The position numbers were made by a program, and so were the translations under genes. Positions 18,171 to 26,695 of a stretch of DNA of 31,983 bases are shown here, piece by piece. The stretch comes from an uncultured Candidatus Saccharibacteria bacterium (GTDB lineage: Bacteria > Patescibacteriota > Minisyncoccia > Phycocordibacterales > Zambryskibacteraceae), in contig CAZAZG010000002.1 of the NCBI GenBank assembly GCA_964489565.1, positions 1 to 31,983 on the forward strand, given 5' to 3'. Under the pieces are notes generated by a model. That model worked only from the letters and a program-made list of their open reading frames with translations, searched no databases and was not told the origin of the DNA. Position 1 is the stretch's first letter, and the number at the start of each line of letters is the position of its first letter.

Positions 18171-18848
18171 ATGAGAGCACAAGATCTTGAATCGATAAAT
18201 ATTACATTAGAAGAATTATCTAAACAAAAAGCGGATATTGCTCATATTCAGAATGTTTTTACGATTTTAAGGTATAAAAAAGGGACGAGTGATTTTATAA
18301 AAGAGATTGGGCATTTTATTAATCATCAAGATAAGAATCAAGGGCAAATATATGATATTGCTTTGGATTTTATAAGAAACATAGTTAATTTAAAAAATGG
18401 AAACGGCGGTGTAATATGTTCAATACCATTACTTATTACTCAAACAGAACTACTTAGACAATTTATAGCCAGCCTGCTACACCTTCATTTTGAAAAAACA
18501 GTAATTTCAAAAATTGATAATTCTAGTTACCTGCTTATGAAAAGTGTTATAGAAATATTGTGTGATAGAACTTTATTAATTAATAGATCTCTATTGATTT
18601 ATAAAGATGACATTGAGAGGTGCGAACTTAAGTTATTAAATGAAGGGGTAGTAAAATTGAGAATTAAATTTTTCTTTAAACAAAACAGTAACGAAACTTC
18701 TTTTGGTGGTCCTAATGGAATCACTTATGGTCCCCATTTTTTTGTTGAAGCCGATTTAATCAGAGCTATACCTGATGGGTTAGAAAATAATTATTTAAAT
18801 TCAATTGTCTTTGGTCATGAAAATAACCTTCATGACACATCGATTTGA
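18171..18848 (+). CDS. Hypothetical AT-rich orphan protein (225 aa)
   Basis: Long open frame, visibly more AT-rich than the core genes; no motif recognised. Confidence 0.7.
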   Translation: MRAQDLESINITLEELSKQKADIAHIQNVFTILRYKKGTSDFIKEIGHFINHQDKNQGQIYDIALDFIRNIVNLKNGNGGVICSIPLLITQTELLRQFIASLLHLHFEKTVISKIDNSSYLLMKSVIEILCDRTLLINRSLLIYKDDIERCELKLLNEGVVKLRIKFFFKQNSNETSFGGPNGITYGPHFFVEADLIRAIPDGLENNYLNSIVFGHENNLHDTSI

Positions 18849-19088
18849 TGTCAGGATATAAACGGGGCAGCGACAATAAAACGATGCTGTGGTTGCTACT
18901 TTTAAACTTATGCTTGCCATCCGAGTTTCGGCACGCTCGGGAAATTGATTAATTGTCCCCCTACTCTTTCCCCCCCCCAATTATTTAACTTGGTCCCATG
19001 ATATAGCCCTGAACAACAAAATCAGTAAATTCCTCAAAAACTCAGAAATAGGTTACAATTGCGTGAGACCTTTCATAAGGAGAAACAA

Positions 19089-19442
19089 ATGTCCTTACCA
19101 ATACCAAAAACTGTGCCCGAGTTAGGCTTCTACTACCACTACAAGCATAACCCGACAGGTGCTGTAAACAATTACGCTTATGAGGTGCTCGGCGTCGGCT
19201 TTCACACTGAGGACGATGTGCGCCCCGGTGAGGAGCATTTTCTCGTGTATCGTCCTTTATATGAATCTTCGGTATACAAGGCTTCAAAAGAGCTTGGTAT
19301 CGCCTGCTTTGACAATCGTCCGCTTACAATGTGGATGGAAGATGTAGAGAAGGATGGAAAAAAGTTCCCCCGTTTCAAGAAAATCACAGATCTCGCAATT
19401 ATCACGGAGCTCCAGAATATCAGTAGAAATATGTATGCTTAG
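19089..19442 (+). CDS. DUF1653-like protein
   Basis: YYHYK...YEVLGVGFHTE...VYRPLY...RPLTMWME...PRF pattern; AAGGAG SD before ATG at 19089. Confidence 0.75.
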   Translation: MSLPIPKTVPELGFYYHYKHNPTGAVNNYAYEVLGVGFHTEDDVRPGEEHFLVYRPLYESSVYKASKELGIACFDNRPLTMWMEDVEKDGKKFPRFKKITDLAIITELQNISRNMYA

Positions 19443-19563
19443 TCACCGAGGGCAAGAACCGAAGAATGTGAGACCGTGAGTTCGACTTCCCCGAACCAAA
19501 CCACCCCGGAGGGGTGGTTTTACTTTTGTGGTATAATTTTTCTCTACCAGTTAAGTGTAATAT

Positions 19564-20097
19564 ATGAAAAAGATTCAGAACAGTGCGGCTTTGTTTTTTA
19601 TCGCAGGTGTATTTGTAATCGGGATTATTTCAATTCTTGGCATCTGGGATGTATTTGGAACTGATGTAATCAATAAATCATTTCAAACGATTGGACTCCT
19701 TGCGGTGGTATCAATCGTTGCGATGGTTGCAGGGAAATTCGTTGACTCTAGCGCTAGCGCTGACGCGGAGCCCGTAAATCCAATTTTTAACACCGTCCGC
19801 CACATGAGCATCACCTTGCTCATTATTTCTGTCGTGGTGCTCGCACTCCTTGGTGTTATGGCAATCTGGGAGGTACTCTCAAGTGATGTCATCCAGAAAG
19901 CAATCGCCTCTATCGCCGTTGTCGCCTTCACCTCATTTGTTACCGTCATTACCTGTCTCGACCGAGAAAACCACAAGTTACTCCAGAAAAAAGATGGAAC
20001 GACACGCTCCGGAGGCACTTTTTTCTTCTATTTCCTTATCCTTGGATGGGCTATCTGGGCATTTTTAAGTAGTCTTCTGAATGCAGGAAATTGGTAA
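19564..20097 (+). CDS. Hypothetical multi-pass membrane protein with internal duplication
   Basis: ILGIWDVFGTDVINKSF versus VMAIWEVLSSDVIQKAI. Confidence 0.8.
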   Translation: MKKIQNSAALFFIAGVFVIGIISILGIWDVFGTDVINKSFQTIGLLAVVSIVAMVAGKFVDSSASADAEPVNPIFNTVRHMSITLLIISVVVLALLGVMAIWEVLSSDVIQKAIASIAVVAFTSFVTVITCLDRENHKLLQKKDGTTRSGGTFFFYFLILGWAIWAFLSSLLNAGNW

Positions 20098-20182
20098 TAC
20101 GTTGACAACACCCCTGACAAAGTAATTGCCCTATGGTATACTGTTTCTCATATAAGATAGTTAAGAATATAATACAAAAATT

Positions 20183-20434
20183 ATGGCAAAACCTAATTCA
20201 GCATTCATGAAACCTATGACCCTCAGTCCTGAGCTCGAGGCAGTAGTTGGGAAAGGACCGATCCCTCGATCTGAGGTGGTCAAAAAGCTTTGGGAATACA
20301 TCAAGAAGCATGATCTTCAAGACCCAAAGAACAAGCGTGACATTATTGCTGATGAGAAACTTACCGCGGTATTTAAGAAGCCAAAGGTAAACATGTTTGA
20401 AATGACCAAGATCGTATCAGGTCACCTCTCATAA
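20183..20434 (+). CDS. Stand-alone SWIB/MDM2 domain protein
   Basis: LSPELEAVVG, RSEVVKKLWEYIKKHDLQDPKNKRDIIADEKL, VNMFEM; promoter CTGACA-17-TATACT upstream. Confidence 0.9.
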   Translation: MAKPNSAFMKPMTLSPELEAVVGKGPIPRSEVVKKLWEYIKKHDLQDPKNKRDIIADEKLTAVFKKPKVNMFEMTKIVSGHLS

Positions 20435-20529
20435 CTTCTTCTCCTCTAAAAAACAAAAACGCCTCATTGGGCGTTTTTGTTTTATGTGAATTGAATATCA
20501 TACAGACTCCGCGCTATACTACAGTAGGT

Positions 20530-21090
20530 ATGAACCCGAACAGCGACTTGAAAAAACATCTCTCCAGGGATCTCTTTTGGTTTATCGTCAGCATTCTTGT
20601 TGCGATCCTTATTGTACGCAGTGGCATTATCACCCATGTCTTGGCGGGAAGTGCCCAAGGCAGACTCCTCGGAAGTTTCATTGCGGGACTTTTCTTCACC
20701 TCACTCTTCAGTATTGCGCCAGCGAGCATTGCGCTCGTCACACTTGCAAAAACCACTTCGATTGTCGACGTAGCACTTGCGGGAGCACTTGGGGCAATGC
20801 TGGGCGACCTACTTATCTTTCAATTTATTAAAAGCAATCTAACCGATGACCTCAATGAAATAGCGTTGCTCCCCCGTTACAGAAAAATGAAGCGACTATT
20901 TTCTATTCGTCTGCTTCGCATCCTCCGACCGTTTATTGGTGCGATTGTCATCATCTCTCCGCTTCCCGATGAAATCGGACTTGCACTTCTTGGATTTTCA
21001 AAAATCCCCACCATCATCATGCTCCCCTTGACGTTTATTCTCAACTTCTTTGGTATCCTCCTCATTTGTTATACTGCAGGGCTTCTCTAA
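20530..21090 (+). CDS. Hypothetical membrane protein, possibly distant DedA/VTT-like
   Basis: About 5 hydrophobic segments, GAMLGD and SPLPDE; ATG 9 nt after TATACT. Confidence 0.7.
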   Translation: MNPNSDLKKHLSRDLFWFIVSILVAILIVRSGIITHVLAGSAQGRLLGSFIAGLFFTSLFSIAPASIALVTLAKTTSIVDVALAGALGAMLGDLLIFQFIKSNLTDDLNEIALLPRYRKMKRLFSIRLLRILRPFIGAIVIISPLPDEIGLALLGFSKIPTIIMLPLTFILNFFGILLICYTAGLL

Positions 21091-21145
21091 CGCAAGATCA
21101 TTGTTCTCGCATTTTTTTCTTTCTTCGACTACAATAGAGCACTGG

Positions 21146-22027
21146 ATGGTCGCCTATTCGAAGGAAAACCTAATAGCTGACGTAGCCGAGGCAAAACTTC
21201 TCCAAAAGAAGCACGGTACAAGTTATTATTTCGCCACCGCGTTCATGCCTGCACGTCTCCGTGACGCCACCTATACCCTCTATGCATTCTTCCGTGTCCC
21301 CGACGAGATTGTGGACAGTAGTGCGGGGAAAACTCTTTTCGAAGTTACCGAGAAGCTCAATGCATGGGATCGTGACTGGAAACTCGCCTACGATGGTGCG
21401 CAATCTACTGACCCGATTCTTCGTGCTGCTGCATATGTATTTCACACGTACAAAATCCCATTCAGCCTGAGTGAGGATTTCCTTTCTGCAATGATGCAGG
21501 ATACCAAGAAAGCAGGGTATGCACACTATGCTGAGCTCGAGCAATATATGTATGGATCAGCGGGGGTTGTGGGGATCATGATGTCGTACATTATTGGATT
21601 TAAAAATGAGCATACGCTCATCTATGCGAAGAAACTTGGCGAAGCAATGCAAATGACAAACTTCCTTCGAGATATTGGAGAGGACTATCGAGACAGAGGA
21701 AGAATCTATATGCCACAAGACGAACTAGCGAGGTTTGGCATCACTGATGAGATACAAACAGGAATAGCAACAAATAAGTGGAAAGAGTTTATGAAATTTC
21801 AAATCGCACGTACACGAAAACTCTATAAAGAATCTGAGCCTGGTATCAAAGAGCTTGATCGTGGAGGACAGCTCGCGGTGAAGCTCGCGTCAGTACTCTA
21901 TTGCAGAATCCTCAATAAAATTGAAGAAGCGGGGTACGATTGTCTAAATCAGAGAGTCCGCACGAGCTTCCCTGAGAAGCTCCAGATTGCATTACCAACC
22001 AGCATTCGTCACATCACCACACTATGA
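21146..22027 (+). CDS. crtB: Phytoene synthase
   Basis: GTSYYFA, YAFFRVPDEIVD, AMQMTNFLRDIGED, GRIYMP. Confidence 0.9.
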   Translation: MVAYSKENLIADVAEAKLLQKKHGTSYYFATAFMPARLRDATYTLYAFFRVPDEIVDSSAGKTLFEVTEKLNAWDRDWKLAYDGAQSTDPILRAAAYVFHTYKIPFSLSEDFLSAMMQDTKKAGYAHYAELEQYMYGSAGVVGIMMSYIIGFKNEHTLIYAKKLGEAMQMTNFLRDIGEDYRDRGRIYMPQDELARFGITDEIQTGIATNKWKEFMKFQIARTRKLYKESEPGIKELDRGGQLAVKLASVLYCRILNKIEEAGYDCLNQRVRTSFPEKLQIALPTSIRHITTL

Positions 22028-23529
22028 GTAAAAAAATTATCATTATCGGCGGAGGTATTGGAGGACTGGGGACTGCAATGCTTTTTAGTAAAAAGGGATA
22101 TGACGTCACCATCATAGAAAAAAATGCTCATCTCGGGGGAAGGGCAAACATTTTTAGCGAGAAAGGCTTTACTTTCGATATGGGACCGTCCTGGTATATG
22201 ATGCCGGATATTTTTGCAGATTTTTTCAAGCTCGTTGGCGAAGATATTTCGCAGCACCTCACTCTCGAAAGACTCTCCCCTTCCTATCGCGTATTCCTCC
22301 AGAGTGAAGCTGGAAAGCATTATGACTTCTACTCTGACATGGAGAAAAATAAAGCGACATTCGAGTCACTCGAGCCTGGCTCTGGCAAAAAACTCGAGGA
22401 GCATCTAGCCCGCGGCGGGTTTCAATACGAAATTTCAAAAAAAGAGTTTATGTACAAAAACTATGACTCTATCTTTGACTTCATCAATAAGCGCGTAATG
22501 ACGGAAGGTAGGAAGCTTCCAATATTCAAAAGCATGAGCAGTATTGTAAATGGTACATTTAATAATGAGCTCCTTCAAAAAGTCCTTCAATATCAAACCG
22601 TACTTCTTGGCACCTCTCCGTACAATACTCCTGGTATATATTCACTCATGAACTATGTCGACTTCGTCGATGGTGTCTGGTACCCAAAAGGCGGTATTTA
22701 TGAGCTCATCAAAGCGCTCGTGAAGATTGCAGAAAAAAACAGAGTGAAGTTTATGACAAATAGCCCTGTATCAAGCATTATCGTGGAAAACGGAAATGCA
22801 GTGGGAATAACACTTGCGGATGGTACAGAAATGCGCGCTGATTACGTCATTTCAAACGCGGACTATGAGCACACAGAAATGAAACTCCTCGAGCCAAAAT
22901 ATCGCGAGCACTCAGCACAGTACTGGGACAAGCGAATACTCGCACCATCTGCATTTATTATGTACCTTGGTGTCGATGGAAAAGCACCGAGCCTGACCCA
23001 TCACAACCTTCTCTTTTCAGCTGACTGGAAAAAGAACTTTTATGAAATATTCGATGAGGTACAATGGCCATCATCCCCTTCTATTTACGTATCAAAGCCA
23101 TCAGAAACTGATTCTACAGTTGCCCCACTAGGTACTGAAAATATGTTTGTCCTGGTACCTATCGGATCCGGACTTACTTACACCGATGAAGAAATGAAAA
23201 ACTATGGAGATAAAGTGCTTGATATTATTGAAAAGACTATGATGGTAGGAGGCTTGAAGAGTCGTATTCTGTATCGACGCGACTACTGCGTAAAAGATTT
23301 TCAAAAAGATTACAACAGCTTCAAAGGCACCGCATTAGGTCCTGCCCATACCTTAATGCAGACTGCGTTTTTCCGTCCGAATAATATTAGTAAAAAAGTA
23401 AAGAATCTTTATTTTGTGGGTGCATACACAAACCCTGGCATTGGTATGCCAGTGTGCCTAATCTCAGCTGAGCTTGTGTATAAGCGCATTGAAGGTATTA
23501 CTGACCCCGGACCACTTACAACTCTATAG
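22024..23529 (+). CDS. crtI: Phytoene desaturase (CrtI family)
   Basis: IIIGGGIGG, GGRA, FTFDMGPSW, WYPKGG, LYFVGAYTNPGIGMP; ATGA overlap with crtB. Confidence 0.9.
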   Translation: MSKKIIIIGGGIGGLGTAMLFSKKGYDVTIIEKNAHLGGRANIFSEKGFTFDMGPSWYMMPDIFADFFKLVGEDISQHLTLERLSPSYRVFLQSEAGKHYDFYSDMEKNKATFESLEPGSGKKLEEHLARGGFQYEISKKEFMYKNYDSIFDFINKRVMTEGRKLPIFKSMSSIVNGTFNNELLQKVLQYQTVLLGTSPYNTPGIYSLMNYVDFVDGVWYPKGGIYELIKALVKIAEKNRVKFMTNSPVSSIIVENGNAVGITLADGTEMRADYVISNADYEHTEMKLLEPKYREHSAQYWDKRILAPSAFIMYLGVDGKAPSLTHHNLLFSADWKKNFYEIFDEVQWPSSPSIYVSKPSETDSTVAPLGTENMFVLVPIGSGLTYTDEEMKNYGDKVLDIIEKTMMVGGLKSRILYRRDYCVKDFQKDYNSFKGTALGPAHTLMQTAFFRPNNISKKVKNLYFVGAYTNPGIGMPVCLISAELVYKRIEGITDPGPLTTL

Positions 23530-23530
23530 A

Positions 23531-23569
23531 AAAAATAGCCTGGTCGACTGCGTCGTCCAGGCTATTTTT
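23531..23569. terminator. Bidirectional terminator between crtI and the prenyltransferase gene
   Basis: AAAAATAGCCTGG...CCAGGCTATTTTT 13-bp outer stem. Confidence 0.8.
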
Positions 23570-23604
23570 CTCTATGTTTGAAGGTAAACTGCGTCAAATA
23601 AAAA

Positions 23605-24453
23605 TTACCAGTAGTTTGTGTAGCGGAGAATTGTGAAAAATATAATCATTCCTGCAAAGCCATTGAGGTAGGGGAAATAGGTATATAGTTTGAGGAGAGC
23701 CTCATCTGTCTTAGTACGGAGTGATACAAGCATGAGTGAGACATATACGAGACCGAGGACGAGTGATACTACTCCAAAATACTGGAACGTGAGAATTGCA
23801 GACAAGGCGTAGAGTGCAAGGCACAGCAAAATGGTATATTTTTTTCCAAACATTGTTGCTATCGTTTTGAGCCCTGCACCGCTATCTGCACTGATGTCGG
23901 GGACCGCAGAATATGCATGCATGGCAATTGCCCAAGACATCCCCGCAAGAAGTGGCAGAAGAGGAAATCCCACTCCCCCAACGAGGTAGTAGCCAAATGC
24001 TCCGGTGGCTACATAGTGACCCGCACTAAACACACTATCGAAAAATGGCCTCGCTTTTGCGCGAATCGGTTTAGCAGAATAAAATCCTGCAAAGAAAAGG
24101 AATGCGAACATCGAAAGGATTGCCCCAGTATTTCGAAGTGGAAGGAATAGAAGAAATGGAACCACGGAACAAATGATCCAGATCCACAAAGTGTTCCATT
24201 CCTCGGGACGCACAAGCGCCTCGTACTCTACCTTTCGAGGATTCTGCAAATCGGTCTCATAGTCGAACATATCATTGATGCCGTAAATGTAGAGATTAGC
24301 AGAGAAAAGGAAGAAGAGGGCAAACACAAATACACGGATATCAAGGAGCGATACAAGTGACGCCGCTCCAGCAAAAACACCATACGCAAAAGGACCTAGT
24401 TCGTACACCCAGAAACGGTATCTACTAATCGTTATAATTCTTTGCAGTGTCAT
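23605..24453 (-). CDS. UbiA-family prenyltransferase, lycopene elongase (CrtEb/LyeJ)-like
   Basis: SRYRFWVYELGP and YGINDMFDYETDLQNPRK resemble LyeJ/CrtEb motifs as recalled; YSAKPIRAK, PDISAD; adjacent to crtBI. Confidence 0.75.
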   Translation of the reverse strand: MTLQRIITISRYRFWVYELGPFAYGVFAGAASLVSLLDIRVFVFALFFLFSANLYIYGINDMFDYETDLQNPRKVEYEALVRPEEWNTLWIWIICSVVPFLLFLPLRNTGAILSMFAFLFFAGFYSAKPIRAKARPFFDSVFSAGHYVATGAFGYYLVGGVGFPLLPLLAGMSWAIAMHAYSAVPDISADSGAGLKTIATMFGKKYTILLCLALYALSAILTFQYFGVVSLVLGLVYVSLMLVSLRTKTDEALLKLYTYFPYLNGFAGMIIFFTILRYTNYW

Positions 24454-24524
24454 CTTTTAAGTATACCTATCGTTTTACTTAAATCTAGATTGCCATTCAA
24501 GTCTAAATTTTCTACAATTACTCC

Positions 24525-24860
24525 ATGAATATTACCCATTGGATCATATCGGCATTATCAATCATGGTTGCAGCGTATCTTGTGCCCGGCGTCCACGTTA
24601 CCTTTATTGGCTCCCTTGTCTTGGCAGTTGTGTGGGCGCTTATCAATGTGTTTATTAAGCCAGTCATTAGCATCCTGACATTCCCGATTACTATCGTGAC
24701 ACTCGGACTCTTCTCTCTCGTCATTAATGCCCTCCTTATTATTCTCGCAGGGAAAATTGTTCCTGATTTTGCTGTCTCGGGATTTTGGCCAGCGTTCTTA
24801 TTTGCTATCGTACTCTCGATTATCAACGCACTCTTTGGTGTGAGATACAAGAAGGACTAG
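24525..24860 (+). CDS. Phage holin family / YvlD-like 4-TM membrane protein
   Basis: INVFIKPVISILTFPITIVTLGLFSLVINA, VPDFAVSGFW; TTGCCA-17-TACAAT promoter. Confidence 0.85.
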   Translation: MNITHWIISALSIMVAAYLVPGVHVTFIGSLVLAVVWALINVFIKPVISILTFPITIVTLGLFSLVINALLIILAGKIVPDFAVSGFWPAFLFAIVLSIINALFGVRYKKD

Positions 24861-24879
24861 CATTTTCACTGTTTCACTT

Positions 24880-24918
24880 TCAAAAAACACCGACAACCAT
24901 GTGGTCGGTGTTTTTTGA
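24880..24918 (+). terminator. Intrinsic terminator
   Basis: TCAAAAAACACCGAC/GTCGGTGTTTTTTGA 15-bp stem. Confidence 0.8.
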
Positions 24919-25015
24919 ATTTTGCTTGCCATAAATTGCTAGATTATTTAATGGTTAACCTTTGTCACTCCAGCCCATCAAGAATGTCGTCTCGTATGGT
25001 TAGCTGTGCAATTTG

Positions 25016-25044
25016 TTGACAAAATAATTAATTAATACTATACT
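25016..25044 (+). promoter_or_regulatory. Consensus sigma70 promoter of the DEAD-box helicase
   Basis: TTGACA-17 nt-TATACT. Confidence 0.8.
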
Positions 25045-25162
25045 AGTATCTCAAATATTCTCATGCTTTCGTTTTTGAAACTAACCATTTAAAAACTCTT
25101 TCGGAAACGACGAAGGCCAAAAGAGCCTCTCTGCGCGCGGGAAAGATTTGCACAAACCCTAT

Positions 25163-26590
25163 ATGTATCAAAAACGATCATTTGGCGCGTCACCACGAAG
25201 TGGAGCCCCGTCACGACCAGGCTTTTCAAGATCTGGCGGAACAAGCAGTAGTAGACCGGCAAGAGCTCCTTATACTGCAGGAACAGCATCACGAGCGCCG
25301 TATAAAGCAGGATCTGCACAAAGCAGGCCTGCAAGACCAAGCTTTGGAGCAGGAAGCACTGGAAGCCGTTTTTCACCTTCCCGCCCACCGTTTCGTGGTG
25401 GACGCTCTAGTGGTGGATCACGTCCATTTTCAGGTGGGAGCCGTCCCCCATTTCGCCGAAGTAGCGGTAATCGAGGAAATAGTCAGAAACTCGATATAAG
25501 CACCTTCATCAATAAGGCCGTTGTTGTCGAGGAAACAGAACAGCGCTTTATGCCTGAGCACAATTTCGCAGACTTTGCGATTGATGAACGTCTCAAGGCA
25601 AACATTATCAAGAAAGGATATGTAGCTCCAACCCCGATTCAAGACCGCATTATTCCTCATATCTTGCATGGTAAAGATGTCGTAGGTATTGCAAACACCG
25701 GTACCGGGAAAACTGCAGCTTTTCTCATTCCACTTATTCACAAAATTTTACTAAACCCAAAAGAGAACGTACTCATCGTAGTACCGACTCGTGAGCTCGC
25801 AATCCAGATTGAGCAAGAGCTCAAAGGATTTACGCCACTTCTCGGAATGTTTTCAGTCTGCTGTGTGGGAGGAACACCGATTGGTCCACAAATGAGACAG
25901 CTCAAGTACCGAAATCAATTCGTGATTGGAACCCCAGGCCGAATCAAAGACCTTATTGAGCGCCGTAGCCTCGATCTTTCTACCACAAAGACTGTGGTGC
26001 TCGATGAAGCTGATCGAATGCTCGATATGGGATTCATTGCTGACATGCGATACCTCATGTCAAAAATGTCATCTGATCGTCATACCCTCTTTTTCTCTGC
26101 GACTATGTCAAAGGAAATCGAGCTCCTCATCAACGACTTCCTCAAAGAGCCAGTGTCTATATCAGTAAAGACCCGTGACACATCCAAAAATATTGACCAA
26201 GATATTGTAAAAATGAAAGCCGGCCAAGACAAGCTCATGGCTCTTCGCGACCTCCTTGCAACTCCTGATTTCGACAAAGTGCTCATCTTTGGACGCACAA
26301 AGCACGGTGTTGAAAAACTTTCTCAAAACTTAGTGAAGATGGGGTTTAAAGCTGAGTCTATTCATGGAAACAAAAGTCATGGACAACGTCAGCGTGCATT
26401 AAATGCGTTTAAAGATGGTAAGGTCCAAGTACTTGTTGCGACAGACGTTGCAGCTCGCGGACTCGACATTGCAAACGTATCTCACGTGATCAACTATGAC
26501 ATTCCTGCTACCTACGAAGACTACGTACATCGCATCGGACGAACAGGCCGTGGAAACGCATCCGGAAGGGCGCTGACGTTTGTAGACTAG
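25163..26590 (+). CDS. DEAD-box RNA helicase with Arg/Ser/Gly/Pro-rich N-terminal extension
   Basis: PTPIQ, ANTGTGKT, PTRELA, TPGR, DEAD, SAT, HGNKS, TDVAARGLD, HRIGRTGR. Confidence 0.96.
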   Translation: MYQKRSFGASPRSGAPSRPGFSRSGGTSSSRPARAPYTAGTASRAPYKAGSAQSRPARPSFGAGSTGSRFSPSRPPFRGGRSSGGSRPFSGGSRPPFRRSSGNRGNSQKLDISTFINKAVVVEETEQRFMPEHNFADFAIDERLKANIIKKGYVAPTPIQDRIIPHILHGKDVVGIANTGTGKTAAFLIPLIHKILLNPKENVLIVVPTRELAIQIEQELKGFTPLLGMFSVCCVGGTPIGPQMRQLKYRNQFVIGTPGRIKDLIERRSLDLSTTKTVVLDEADRMLDMGFIADMRYLMSKMSSDRHTLFFSATMSKEIELLINDFLKEPVSISVKTRDTSKNIDQDIVKMKAGQDKLMALRDLLATPDFDKVLIFGRTKHGVEKLSQNLVKMGFKAESIHGNKSHGQRQRALNAFKDGKVQVLVATDVAARGLDIANVSHVINYDIPATYEDYVHRIGRTGRGNASGRALTFVD

Positions 26591-26641
26591 GGAAAACAGT
26601 GTTAAGTTGTGAGCTTTAAGTTTTAAGTGGAACTCAGAAAT

Positions 26642-26695
26642 AAAAACAATCAAAAAACATCTCGCCTTACGGCGAGATGTTTTTTGATTGTTTTT
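26642..26695. terminator. 25-bp perfect inverted repeat, bidirectional terminator; pyrG stop codon lies in its loop
   Basis: 26642-26666 is the reverse complement of 26671-26695. Confidence 0.85.

Noticed and set aside
18848-18952. 34-aa ORF overlapping the orphan stop (TGATG)
   Set aside because: Coupling-type overlap is suggestive, but the peptide is short with no motif and could be chance
24525-24860. Prophage lysis gene
   Set aside because: This holin-like family is commonly chromosomal; no phage genes nearby
25045-25162. c-di-GMP-I riboswitch in the helicase leader
   Set aside because: Only loose GAAAC/GGCCAAA similarity; the required P1/P2 pairing was not found
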